From: an uncultured beta proteobacterium | Lineage (GTDB): Bacteria > Pseudomonadota > Gammaproteobacteria > Burkholderiales > SG8-39 | NCBI GenBank assembly: GCA_963789885.1 | Contig: CAWBNB010000033.1 | Coordinates: forward strand, 162,633 to 226,632 | DNA length: 64,000 nt | Direction of reading: 5' to 3' | Part shown: piece by piece, positions 45,355 through 55,153 of the stretch | How the letters are laid out: each line of letters starts with the position of its first letter | Numbering within the stretch: position 1 is the first letter of the stretch | The notes under the pieces: model-generated | What the model was told of the DNA's origin: nothing | The model's database searches: none | Seen by the model: only the letters and a program-made list of their open reading frames with translations | Position numbers and translations under genes: made by a program

Positions 45355-47496
45355 ATGAGTCGACACACGCAAACGGAAACGCCCGGCAGTGGCAGCACGA
45401 CGCTCGCCGCGGAGGATTTCCTATGGCTGGTCGCGAGCCTCGCGCGGCTCCACAGACTGCCGGTCGACGCGACGCTGCTCGCGCAGCAGTTCCCGCCACC
45501 GCATTCGCGCGCGTCGCTCGGCGCGGCGGCGGCGGCGATCGGGTTGCGGCTCGAACCGATCCCGGTCGGCGACGCGGGACTCGACCGGGCGGTCTCGCCC
45601 TGCGTCGCGTTCGTGAAAACGGAAGCCGGAGCGCCCGCGCGCGTGGCGGTCCTCGTCGCCGCCGACGCGGAGCGGCTGCTGTGCTTCGAGTCCGGACGCG
45701 AGTCGCCGCGCACTGTCGCGCGACGCGAATGCGAGACGATCTTCGAGGCGGAGGCGTTCCGCGCCGCTACCGGCGCGCCAGCCACCGACGACGCTGCGTC
45801 GCCGGCGCCGCGTGAGCCTTTCGGTTTCCGCTGGTTCCTCCCCGAACTCGTGAGGCATCGCGTGGTGTGGCGCGACGTCCTGCTCGCGTCGCTCGTCCTG
45901 CAGCTCGTGGGGCTGGCGACGCCGGTCTTCACCCAAGTCGTCATCGACAAGGTCGTCGTCCACCGCACCGAGAGCACTCTCGCGGTGATCGGCGTCGCGC
46001 TCGTGCTCTTCCTCGTCTTCAACGCGGCGATGACCTGGGCCCGCCAGTATCTGGTGCTCCACACCGGCAACCGGATCGACGCGGTGCTCGGCGCGCGGGT
46101 GTTCAAGCACCTCTTCGCGCTGCCGGCGCCCTACTTCGAGAGCCGCCCGACCGGGACGCTGACCGCGCGCCTGCAGGGCATCGAATCGATCCGCGAGTTC
46201 CTGACCGGCGCGGCGATGGCGGTCGTCCTCGATCTGCCGTTCACCCTGATCTTCCTCACGGTGATGTTCTGGTACAGCTGGCAGCTCAGCCTCATTGCGC
46301 TCGCGCTCGTCGGGTTGATCGCGGTGACGAGCGTGGCCGTCACGCCGATGCTCCGGGAGCGCCTCAACCGGCAGTTCCTCGCCGGCGCGCGCAACCAGGC
46401 GTTTCTCACCGAGTACATCGCCGGCGCCGAGACGGTGAAATCGCTGCAGATGGAGCCGCAGCTCGAGCGCCGCTACGGCGACCTCCTCGCCCATTACCTG
46501 GCGGCGAGCTTCGCGACCCGCTCCGCGGCCAACGGCTTCAACGCGCTCGTCCTTGCGCTCGAGCAGGCGATGACGGTGTCCATACTGGTGGTCGGCGCAC
46601 TGTTTGTCATGCAAGGGGACGGTTTCACGATCGGAATGCTGGTGGCGTTCCAGATGTTCGCGGGGCGCCTCTCGCAGCCGATGCTCCGTCTGGCCGGCCT
46701 GTGGCAGAGCTTCCAGCAGGCGACGATCGCCGTACGGCGCCTCGGCGACGTGATGGATGCGCCGCCCGAGCCGGTCGCCCTCACCCCGTCGCGCGCGCTC
46801 GGCCGCGAGGGCCGGGTCGAGATCGAAGGCCTGAGCTTCCGCTACGCCTCCAGCGCCCCGTATCTCTTCCGGGACTTCTCCCTCGACGTCGCACCGGGTC
46901 GGGCGGTCGCGGTGATGGGACCGTCGGGGTCGGGCAAGAGCACGCTCGCCAAGCTGCTCCAGGGCTTCTACGCGACATCGGACGGGACGATCCGCATCGA
47001 CGGCCGCGACATCCGGCACCTGGCGGCGAATGAGCTTCGCCAGTACTACGGTGTCGTGCCGCAGGAGACGCGGCTCTTCTCCGGCACGATTTTCGACAAC
47101 CTGGCGGTGGCGAACCCGCTTGCGAGCTTCGAGGACATGGTGCTCGCCTGCGAAATGGCGGAGGTGCACGACGTGATCGAGCGCCTCCCGCAGGGCTACC
47201 GCACGCCGATCGGCGAGCAGGGCGTCGGACTCTCCGGCGGGCAGAAGCAGCGTCTTGCCATTGCGCGCGCACTGCTCAAGCGGCCGCGGATCCTCGTCTT
47301 CGACGAGGCGACGAGCCAGCTCGACCACGCGACCGCGGAGGCGTTCGCCCATACCATCAACCGGCTGAAGGGCCGGGCGACGATCCTCTTCATCACCCAC
47401 CAGCTCCCGCGGGCGCTCAAGGTCGACGAGATCGTGCAGCTCGGCGCCCCGCGCGCGGCGAAAGAGGAGGCGGCGCCGCTGCGCGCCGAGGCATAG
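45355..47496 (+). CDS. Type I secretion ABC transporter (HlyB-like) with an N-terminal C39-like domain
   Basis: ATG at 45355. The N-terminal ~130 aa resemble a C39 peptidase-like domain, but I see no Cys in the catalytic-motif position (FLWLVASLARLH). Six TM segments; Walker A GPSGSGKST, signature LSGGQKQR, Walker B ILVFDEATS. Confidence 0.9.
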   Translation: MSRHTQTETPGSGSTTLAAEDFLWLVASLARLHRLPVDATLLAQQFPPPHSRASLGAAAAAIGLRLEPIPVGDAGLDRAVSPCVAFVKTEAGAPARVAVLVAADAERLLCFESGRESPRTVARRECETIFEAEAFRAATGAPATDDAASPAPREPFGFRWFLPELVRHRVVWRDVLLASLVLQLVGLATPVFTQVVIDKVVVHRTESTLAVIGVALVLFLVFNAAMTWARQYLVLHTGNRIDAVLGARVFKHLFALPAPYFESRPTGTLTARLQGIESIREFLTGAAMAVVLDLPFTLIFLTVMFWYSWQLSLIALALVGLIAVTSVAVTPMLRERLNRQFLAGARNQAFLTEYIAGAETVKSLQMEPQLERRYGDLLAHYLAASFATRSAANGFNALVLALEQAMTVSILVVGALFVMQGDGFTIGMLVAFQMFAGRLSQPMLRLAGLWQSFQQATIAVRRLGDVMDAPPEPVALTPSRALGREGRVEIEGLSFRYASSAPYLFRDFSLDVAPGRAVAVMGPSGSGKSTLAKLLQGFYATSDGTIRIDGRDIRHLAANELRQYYGVVPQETRLFSGTIFDNLAVANPLASFEDMVLACEMAEVHDVIERLPQGYRTPIGEQGVGLSGGQKQRLAIARALLKRPRILVFDEATSQLDHATAEAFAHTINRLKGRATILFITHQLPRALKVDEIVQLGAPRAAKEEAAPLRAEA

Positions 47497-47498
47497 TC

Positions 47499-48863
47499 AT
47501 GGTTTCGCTCCGTGCCGCCCTGAGCGCGCTCTTTGGCGCGACGCCCGCACCCGAGGTCTTCGCGCCTGACGCCCTTGCGCACGAGGACCGTCCGGCATCG
47601 CCGCTGCCGCGGTTTGTCCTGCGCGCCTGCAGCGCGCTGATTGCGGCGCTCCTCGTCTGGGCCACGTTCGGCAAGCTCGACATCGTCGCGGTCGCCGAGG
47701 GTCGCCTGATCCCCTCGAGCTACCTCCAGATCGTGCAGCCGCCCGAAGCGGGCACCCTGCGCGAGATTCTCGTTCGCGAGGGCGAGCGGGTGACCGCAGG
47801 CCAGCCCCTGATGCGCATGGACCCGAAGCTCGCCGATGCCGACCTGTCTGTGGTGCGACAGGAGGTCGCCCTGCGCCGGCTTCAGCTCCGCCGGATCGAT
47901 GCCGAGCTCGGCGGCGGGGCACTCGGCCAGGAAGAGGGTGACCCCCCCAAGCTCTATGCCGAGGTCGCGGCGCAGTGGGCGGCCAACCGCCGCGCCCTCG
48001 AGGACGCCCTTGCGCAGGAACGGACCGTGCTCGAGCGCGCGCGCCAGAACTATGCGGCGGCGGCGGAAATCAAGTCGAAGCTCGAGCAGACCCTGCCGCA
48101 CTACCGGGCCCAGGAACAGGCATTCGCGAAGCTCGCACGCGAGGGCTACGCGGGCGCGCTCGTCGCGCAGGAGAAGGAGCGCGACCGGATCGAGAAGGAG
48201 CAGGACCTGCGCAGCCAGGGGCACGCCATCCAAAGCGCCGAAGCGACCATGGCGCAATCGGAGCGGAAGCTCGCCCAGATCCAGTCGGAGTACCGGCAGC
48301 GGCTCCAGGCCGAGCGGGTGGAAGCCTCGGCGCAGGCGCAGCGGCTCGAGCAAGAGCTCGGCAAGCAGGAGTACCGGCAGGGGCGCCTCGAGCTGCGCGC
48401 GCCACAGGCCGGCATCGTCAAGGACCTCGCGACGCACACGCCGGGCACCGTGGTGACCCCGGGGACGGTCGTCATGACGCTCGTCCCCGCAGACGAACAG
48501 CTGCGGGCGGAGGTGTGGCTCTCGAACGACGACGTCGGCTTCGTGCACCCCGGACAGCCGGCGAAGCTCAAGCTCGCCACGTTCACCTTCCAGAAGTACG
48601 GGATGCTCGACGGGCGCGTGACGCGGGTGAGCGCCGATGCGACCGAGCGGTCCGCCGGCCGCTCCGATCGACCGGTGGCCGCGGCGGCCTACAAGACGCT
48701 GGTGGACCTCGGCGCGCAGCACCTCGATGCCGACGGGCGGCGCTACGAGCTCGCCCCCGGAATGCAGGTCAGCGCCGAAATCAAGCTCGGCGAGCGTACG
48801 GTGCTGGAATATCTCCTGTCGCCGGTGCAGAAGGCGTTCCACGAGGCGGGGCGCGAGCGCTGA
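47499..48863 (+). CDS. HlyD-family type I secretion membrane fusion protein
   Basis: N-terminal TM (ACSALIAALLVWATF), a long coiled-coil region, and the C-terminal HlyD motif (ERTVLEYLLSPV). It starts 2 nt after the ABC gene stop. Confidence 0.9.
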   Translation: MVSLRAALSALFGATPAPEVFAPDALAHEDRPASPLPRFVLRACSALIAALLVWATFGKLDIVAVAEGRLIPSSYLQIVQPPEAGTLREILVREGERVTAGQPLMRMDPKLADADLSVVRQEVALRRLQLRRIDAELGGGALGQEEGDPPKLYAEVAAQWAANRRALEDALAQERTVLERARQNYAAAAEIKSKLEQTLPHYRAQEQAFAKLAREGYAGALVAQEKERDRIEKEQDLRSQGHAIQSAEATMAQSERKLAQIQSEYRQRLQAERVEASAQAQRLEQELGKQEYRQGRLELRAPQAGIVKDLATHTPGTVVTPGTVVMTLVPADEQLRAEVWLSNDDVGFVHPGQPAKLKLATFTFQKYGMLDGRVTRVSADATERSAGRSDRPVAAAAYKTLVDLGAQHLDADGRRYELAPGMQVSAEIKLGERTVLEYLLSPVQKAFHEAGRER

Positions 48864-49080
48864 GCTGTGCTGGCGGGACAATTGCTTATTAATCGGGGAA
48901 CGACCGACCATGTCGGCGTACGTTGGGCTGGAGCAGTTGTCCGATCAATGAACTACGGACGCGCCGCCCGACGAGGCACGTCGACGGGAATGACCAAAAG
49001 CGGTCGCGGCGCGTCAGGGCTTGTGACGTAGCGGGGCACTTCCGGCTGCAGTGGTAGTTATGGACGGGGAGAAGAACCGA

Positions 49081-50979
49081 ATGTTGATCACTGGCACCGA
49101 TGGGGATGACGTCCTGACCGGTACGGATGCCGCGATACGCTCGACAGGGTCTCGGCGGGAACGATATCCTGAATGGTGGAGCGGGTGACCGACATCCTGG
49201 AAGGCGGGGACGGCGACGACACCTATGTGTTCGGGCCAGGCTACGGCACCGACACGGTCAGCGACCTGGCGGCACCGACACGTACGACTCGACGGCGTCA
49301 CGCCCGACGACGTAAGCCTGCGTGCCTTCGGGGAAGGGCCTTGTCGTCACCATCAACGGGACCGGTGAGCAGCTGGTGCTGTCGAACTGGTTTGCCTCGC
49401 CACATCGAGTCGTTCGTGTTCGACGACGGCACCACGTCTGGACCGCGACGACCTCCTGGCCATCTGGACAACACCGCCGCCGACCGCGGTCGACGACTTC
49501 GCCAGCGTCCTCGAGGACGCGACGGCGCCGGTGACCGGCAACGTGCTCCAGAACGACCTCGACGAGTCCGGTACCGGGCTCACGGTCAAGAATGCAGGAG
49601 ACTACCAGGGGGCCTACGGGACGCTCTCGCTCGCGGCCGATGGGTCGTACAGCTACACTCTCAATTCGAGCCTGCCCGAGATCCAGGCGCTCGGCGCCGG
49701 GCAGACGCTTACCGAGTCGTTTGCGTACGGCGCGTTCTACGTCGTGAGCGACAACGTCCCCTTGAACCCCCAAGAAGCGACGGGCTATATCACCGTCACG
49801 GTGCAAGGCGTCAATGACGCCCCGGTCGTGGCGACCCCCCTCGCCAACCACGGCGCGACGGCGGGCCAGGCATTCTCCTTCGCCCTGCCGGCCGGTTCGT
49901 TCACCGACGCCGATACCGGCGACAGCCTCGCGTACAGCGCGACGCTCGCCGACGGTTCGGCGCTGCCGGCCTGGCTCGCGTTCAACCCGGGAACCGGGAC
50001 ATTCAGCGGTACCGCGCCCGGGGCAGCGGGCGGCACCACGCTCGAGATCGAGGTTACCGCGAGCGACCTCGCGGGCGAGCAGGCATCGGACGTCTTCGCC
50101 TTTGCGGTCGCCTCCCCGCCACCGCCGCCGTCGCACGACGGCCGGCACATCGTCGGCACGCGGCGCAAGGACCATCTCGACGGCACGTCCGGCGACGATT
50201 TCATCGAGGGCCGGAACGGCAACGACACTTTGCACGGGAAGGGCGGCGTCGACGTACTCCAGGGCGGACGCGGTAACGACAAGCTCGAGGATCGCGACGG
50301 GAACACGCTTTTCGACGGCGGGCGCGGCAATGACCGCCTGACCGGGGGCCGCGACGCCGACTTCTTCGCCGGCGGACGCGGCAACGACCGGCTCCAGCTC
50401 GGCGGCGGCGCCGACGTGGTCGCCTTCAACAAGGGCGACGGCGTCGACCGGCTGTTCGGGGAGCGCCAGGACGGCGTGCTGAGCCTCGGGGGCGGGATCC
50501 GCTACGAGGACCTGCGTCTGCGCAAGCAAGGCAACGATCTCGTGCTCCGGACGGGCGGCGGCGACCAGGTCGTCCTCGAGGATTGGTATCGCGGCCAGCA
50601 GTCGATCGTTACCCTGCAGGTCGTCGCCGAGGCGATGCGCGGGTTCAACCAGGGCTCGTGCGATCCGTTGCGCGACGACAAGGTCGAAACCTTCGACTTC
50701 CGCAAGCTGGTGGCCGCCTACGACGACGCGCGCGCCGCCCATCACCACATGCGGAGCTGGAACATGATGAACGAGCTCCTCGCCGCGCATCTCGGCGGCA
50801 GCGACTCCGCCGCGCTCGGCGGCGATCTCGCCTACCGCTACGGGATGACCGGCACGCTCGCCGGCGTCGGGCTGAGCACGGCGCGGGATACCGTTGCAGC
50901 ACCGGGATTCGGGACCGAGCTCCAGACCGTCCACTCCGCGGCGGCGGTCGGCTCGGATCCGGTCAAGCTCGGCGCCTAG
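49081..50979 (+). pseudogene. RTX-type calcium-binding secreted protein, 5' end broken by about 7 frameshifts
   Basis: Protein sense can be followed across frames. The pieces are MLITGTDGDDVLTGTDA / DTLD / GLGGNDILNGGAGD / DILEGGDGDDTYVFGPGYGTDTVSDL / LDGVTPDDVSLRAFGEG / GLVVTINGTGEQLVLSNWFAS / HIESFVFDDGTT. A single frame then runs from about 49441 (DRDDLLAIWTTPPPTAVDDF...) to 50979. That part carries VCBS-like and Ig-like modules and GGxGxD nonapeptides (GGRGNDKLE, GGRGNDRLT, GGRGNDRLQ). Confidence 0.8.
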
Positions 50980-51030
50980 CCGCTACCGCGCCGCGGTCTC
51001 GACCGCCAACGGGGTCCCCTCCGCCGCGTT

Positions 51031-51050
51031 CCGGCACCGCCGGGTGCCGG
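51031..51050. terminator. Hairpin between convergent genes
   Basis: ccggcacc-gccg-ggtgccgg: 8-bp stem with a 4-nt loop. It lies between the RTX stop (50979) and the outer-membrane gene stop (51063). There is no T tract. Confidence 0.25.
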
Positions 51051-51062
51051 CCGTGCCGCGCG

Positions 51063-53441
51063 CTACCAGTTCGTGTACGCGACCGAGAAGCCGAACACGT
51101 TGTTGTGGTAGGTCGGGCTCTGGTGCCCGGTCAGCAGCACGCTGTTCGTCGCGAAGGGGTTCCCGGGATACGCCCAGTCGCTCGAAGACAGATTCTGGTA
51201 CAGGTAGTTCAGGCGGAACAGCAGGCTCTTCGAGTACTGGTATTTCCCGTAAAGCTGAAAGTAGTTCGAGCTCATCGTGACGTCCGGGATCGGCTGCGCG
51301 CCCAGGGCACTGACTTGTCCCGGCGCCGCCCACGGTCCGCTGATCGAGTACCCCCCTGTGCCGTCGGTATACACGTACTGGCCGCCGACGTCGTACCTGT
51401 TGTCAGCCGGTTTGAAGTTGATGCCCAGACCGAAGGTGTTGCCGCTGTTCTTGATGGAGTCGTTGTAGTCGCGAGCCGTGCTCGTGCTGGTCGCCGCGTT
51501 CCACGCCCGGTTTGCCTGGTCGGTCGAGAACTGCGTGTAGGTGTAGAAGGCGAAGGCGTTCCAGCCCTCGGCGAACAGCCACGAGCCGTCGATCGAGTAC
51601 GTCTGCCCGACCACGTTCGTGAGGCCCTGGCACTCTGAGGGCATCGGGACGTTCGGCGGGATCTGATCGGGCGAGCCGCCACAGTTCGGTCCCTTGTACT
51701 GCGTCTGGTACCAGTTCGCGTTCAGGCCGATCGAGATCCGTTCGATCGGCGTGATCGTCCCGGTCGCGATGATCGCGTTCTTGTTGTAGTCCGCGAAAAT
51801 GAACTGGCGCAGCGTCGGCAGGTTGTTGATGTTCGCCGTGCTCGCGACTCGCCCGGCGGTGTATGCGGCGTAGTACGCGTTCTGGGACGCGAAGGTGGAA
51901 CCGCTCCGCTGGTCCCACACGTAGCGCAGCGCCCCGGTGAAGCTCTCGGACATGATCCGTCGCAGCTCGACCCCGAGGAGGTTGTTCTGGGTGTTGGCGC
52001 GAAATTCCCAGTTCGAGGGGCTGTAGCTCACGTTGGTGTACTGATACCAGCCCCGGAGCAGCGTGCGCTGGAAGATCTGGTAGTCGGCGTCGATCTTGAA
52101 CCGGTTCTCTGTGGCGTCGGTCGGCAGATTCGTGACGATCTGCGCGCTGGTGTTCGCGTTGTTGATAGGTGTGGGCTGGTTGTTCGCATCGCCCTGGACG
52201 TACGCGTACTGGTTGGACGGCGACGTGTTGTTGCGGTCCATGTAGTGGTAGTTCAGCTTCAGCGACAGCTTCGAAACCGGACGCATCAAGAATGTGAGAT
52301 CGACCAGCGTGTTCTTGATTTCACCGTTGAGTGAGGTGCGCGGCAGGCCGACCGGCACCAGCAGGTTCGTCCCCGGGGTCTGTGCAGCGGTGTTGATGGT
52401 GTAAGGCAGGAACGGATCGTTCTGCGACATCACGCTGTAGGAGACCGTGCCCGTCAGCCGCATGCTGGGCGTGAAGTTCCACGCCCCGGTCGCCTGGGCC
52501 TGCCAGAAGTCGTTGCTCGGCATCAGCCCCATCCGGCCAAAGCCAGTGGGGAAGCCGCTACCACCAGCGAAGGCGAGGCTACCGGCGCCGGCGCCGCTGG
52601 CGTAGGGGTTCTGCCAAACCAGCGAATTCGCGTCGTTGTCGTACTTCGAGTACCAGTAGGAAAGGTTGAGCTGCCCCTGCTTCCCGCCCCACTCCGCCTT
52701 TACCTGGACCTGCTGCTGCGTGTCGTTGATCTGGTAGGGCAGGATCATCGAGCGCCCGCCGGGGCTGACCCCCATGAGCGACCCGATCAGCTTCGTGCCA
52801 TCGCGGTCGATCTGGCCGTAGTCCGCCGAAATCTTCCAGTCCCCGAGATGGAAGCCGCCGCCGGCCTTGTACACGTCCCAATCCTGCTTGACGTCGAACC
52901 CCTGGAGAAACGGCGAGAACGCTCCGGCAAGGGTGGGATTGTTCACGCCGGCGTTCTGCGGCACGTTCGGAAACCCTGCCGGGGTGGTCAGCCTGCTGCC
53001 GCCGGTTCCGTTCAGGATGAACTTCGTGTCGTTGAACTGGGACCGCTGCAACTGGTCCCACCCGGCATTGACCCAATAGAGGCCCTGCCTGCCGAATTCA
53101 GCCCCCAGCTGGAACGTGGGCAAGCCGAAGTTGTATGCGGAAGCGTTCAGGTAGTTCGCGCCATCACCGTAACGCTCTCGCACGTTCGCGTTGCCGATCA
53201 GGAATCCGCCCGAGTGCGTCAGGCCGGTGAACTCCCCGAACTTGAACGAGCTATTGCTGTTGTAGCCCCACCCAAGCTCGAGGTAGTTGGAGTCGTAGCG
53301 CGTCATGTCCGCGCCCGTGGTCAGCGGAACCTGGAACATCGGTTCGGCGAGCGCCGCGCTCGACGTCGCGAGGGCGAGCGCGACCGCGGAGACCAGAGGC
53401 TTGAGCGGGTGATCCTTCCCTGCCCGGGTGGCCTTTGTCAT
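51063..53441 (-). CDS. MtrB/PioB/MtoB-family outer-membrane beta-barrel (porin of a porin-cytochrome complex)
   Basis: 792 aa. Signal peptide ..LVSAVALALATSSAALA; alternating beta-strand pattern with aromatic residues; C-terminal ..FGFSVAYTNW; N-terminal YLELGWGYNSNSSFKFGEFTGL typical of the family. It lies directly downstream of a decahaem MtrA-type gene. Confidence 0.85.
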   Translation of the reverse strand: MTKATRAGKDHPLKPLVSAVALALATSSAALAEPMFQVPLTTGADMTRYDSNYLELGWGYNSNSSFKFGEFTGLTHSGGFLIGNANVRERYGDGANYLNASAYNFGLPTFQLGAEFGRQGLYWVNAGWDQLQRSQFNDTKFILNGTGGSRLTTPAGFPNVPQNAGVNNPTLAGAFSPFLQGFDVKQDWDVYKAGGGFHLGDWKISADYGQIDRDGTKLIGSLMGVSPGGRSMILPYQINDTQQQVQVKAEWGGKQGQLNLSYWYSKYDNDANSLVWQNPYASGAGAGSLAFAGGSGFPTGFGRMGLMPSNDFWQAQATGAWNFTPSMRLTGTVSYSVMSQNDPFLPYTINTAAQTPGTNLLVPVGLPRTSLNGEIKNTLVDLTFLMRPVSKLSLKLNYHYMDRNNTSPSNQYAYVQGDANNQPTPINNANTSAQIVTNLPTDATENRFKIDADYQIFQRTLLRGWYQYTNVSYSPSNWEFRANTQNNLLGVELRRIMSESFTGALRYVWDQRSGSTFASQNAYYAAYTAGRVASTANINNLPTLRQFIFADYNKNAIIATGTITPIERISIGLNANWYQTQYKGPNCGGSPDQIPPNVPMPSECQGLTNVVGQTYSIDGSWLFAEGWNAFAFYTYTQFSTDQANRAWNAATSTSTARDYNDSIKNSGNTFGLGINFKPADNRYDVGGQYVYTDGTGGYSISGPWAAPGQVSALGAQPIPDVTMSSNYFQLYGKYQYSKSLLFRLNYLYQNLSSSDWAYPGNPFATNSVLLTGHQSPTYHNNVFGFSVAYTNW

Positions 53442-53473
53442 CTTCGTGCTCCCTTATCTTGAGCCGCTGACGC

Positions 53474-54454
53474 TCAGCGAACAAAGAAACGGCCGGACGG
53501 ATGGTTGCTCCCGTGGACCTTGGAGTGGCAGTTCGCGCACCCCTGACCGAGCATCTGGGCACCCGGCGCGATGGGCGCAGCCCCCGTCGATCCCGGGTAG
53601 GGCGGAATGTTGCTGCCGCTGTAGAGGGTGCTCGGATGTCCGGAGACCGAATGGCACTGCTGGCAGAGGAACGGCGCGCGCACCTTCAGTAGCGACGGGT
53701 TGTTGGCGCCGTGCGGGTTGTGGCATTCAGCGCAGTTCTCCCGTGCCGGCGGATGCTCCCAGAGGAACGGGCCGCGCTTGTCCCCATGGCACGTGTAGCA
53801 GGTCTCGTTGACCGTGTTGCGGATCAGGTTGAACTCCGAGACCGAGCCGTGCGGCTGATGGCAGGACGAGCAGGTCATCCAGCCGGTGCGCAGCGGGTGG
53901 GTCGAGAAGCCGAAGATCTGGGCTCGCTTTTCCTTGTGGCAGGTAAAGCACACGCCCGCCTGTGTCTCCTTCACCAGCACCTGGTCCCTCGCCGCATGGA
54001 CGGTGTGGCACGACGCGCACGTGAGTTGCGAGCGCTCGTGCCCGCTGCCCTGGAAATGAATGCGGTTACCACCCTGGTGACAGGTTAGGCACGCCGCCAC
54101 CTGGACGTTAGGCGGCGTCGTATCGTTGTTCCGCTTGAAGGTGCGGTCCGGCTTCGGCCGCTCCTTCGCGTCCGCCGGCTTGTTGATGTGGTTCTCGCTA
54201 TCGCCGTGGCAGCTCGTGCAGGTCGGCGTGCGCTGGTCCGCGTTCACGCCGTGGCGCGTCTTGGCGATCGCCAGGACCGGGTACTCGTCCTCCGCGTCGT
54301 GACAGCGCGTGCACTTCGCGTCGCCCTTCAGGACGAGGTCCTTGGGGGCCTCCTTCTTGGCCTCCTGGGCCTGCACCGCGAGCACCAGGCCAAGGGCGAC
54401 GACAACACCCCCCAGCGCGGTTCCGAACCGGCCGATCACCCCTTCCATCTCCAT
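53474..54454 (-). CDS. MtrA/DmsE/MtoA-family periplasmic decahaem c-type cytochrome
   Basis: 326 aa with a signal peptide. There are exactly ten CxxCH motifs: CTRCH, CTSCH, CLTCH, CASCH, CFTCH, CSSCH, CYTCH, CAECH, CQQCH and CANCH. Confidence 0.9.
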   Translation of the reverse strand: MEMEGVIGRFGTALGGVVVALGLVLAVQAQEAKKEAPKDLVLKGDAKCTRCHDAEDEYPVLAIAKTRHGVNADQRTPTCTSCHGDSENHINKPADAKERPKPDRTFKRNNDTTPPNVQVAACLTCHQGGNRIHFQGSGHERSQLTCASCHTVHAARDQVLVKETQAGVCFTCHKEKRAQIFGFSTHPLRTGWMTCSSCHQPHGSVSEFNLIRNTVNETCYTCHGDKRGPFLWEHPPARENCAECHNPHGANNPSLLKVRAPFLCQQCHSVSGHPSTLYSGSNIPPYPGSTGAAPIAPGAQMLGQGCANCHSKVHGSNHPSGRFFVR

Positions 54455-54514
54455 CTCCTCTCCCTCCGGGGCGCGCGGCGCTGGCCCGCTCTTCGCGCCC
54501 GGGTTCGATGCAAG

Positions 54515-55120
54515 TTACTTGTCGATCTTCAGCTCCTGGGGTCCCGGCCCGCCTTCGGGCTCCTTGTGCGCGATACCGAAGTGACAGTCGATGCAGGTCT
54601 TGCCCTCGGCCTTGCCCTTCGCGTGCCGCGCCTTGGCGCGCTCGGACTGCAGATCGGAGCTCATCGCGTCGGCGTGATGGCAGTTGCGGCACTCGAGCGA
54701 GTCCGTCTTCTTCATCCGGGTCCAGACGTGGGTCGCGAGCTCGTACCGGTGCGCCTCGAACTTTTCCTTCGTGTCGATGACGCCGGTGAGCTTCCCCCAG
54801 ATCTCGAAGGTGGCGAGCACCTTGCGCCAGATCATCGGGCCCGGCTCGCGCGGGACGTGGCAGTCCGGGCAGATGGCGCGTACGCCGGTCCGGTTGGTGT
54901 CGTGGATCGTGCCCTTGTACTCGGCGTAGACGTTGTCGCGCATCTCGTGACAGGAGATGCAGAACTTCTCGGTGTTCGTCCAGGCGAGACCCGCGGCGCC
55001 GGCGACCACGAACCCACCGGTAATGACGAGGATGACGAGCGCGGTTACTGCGACCCGCAACGCGACCCGCGCGCGGCTCTTCGATTCGCCGCGAATCGCC
55101 TCCCAGATCTTCCTGAACAT
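54515..55120 (-). CDS. NapC/NirT/CymA-family membrane-anchored tetrahaem quinol dehydrogenase
   Basis: N-terminal TM (VAVTALVILVITGGFVVAGAAG). Four CxxCH motifs: CISCH, CPDCH, CRNCH and CIDCH. It is clearly a paralogue of the napC in this window. Confidence 0.9.
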   Translation of the reverse strand: MFRKIWEAIRGESKSRARVALRVAVTALVILVITGGFVVAGAAGLAWTNTEKFCISCHEMRDNVYAEYKGTIHDTNRTGVRAICPDCHVPREPGPMIWRKVLATFEIWGKLTGVIDTKEKFEAHRYELATHVWTRMKKTDSLECRNCHHADAMSSDLQSERAKARHAKGKAEGKTCIDCHFGIAHKEPEGGPGPQELKIDK

Positions 55121-55153
55121 CGCCGCCCTCCCTGCGTGCGATCTACAACCCGC

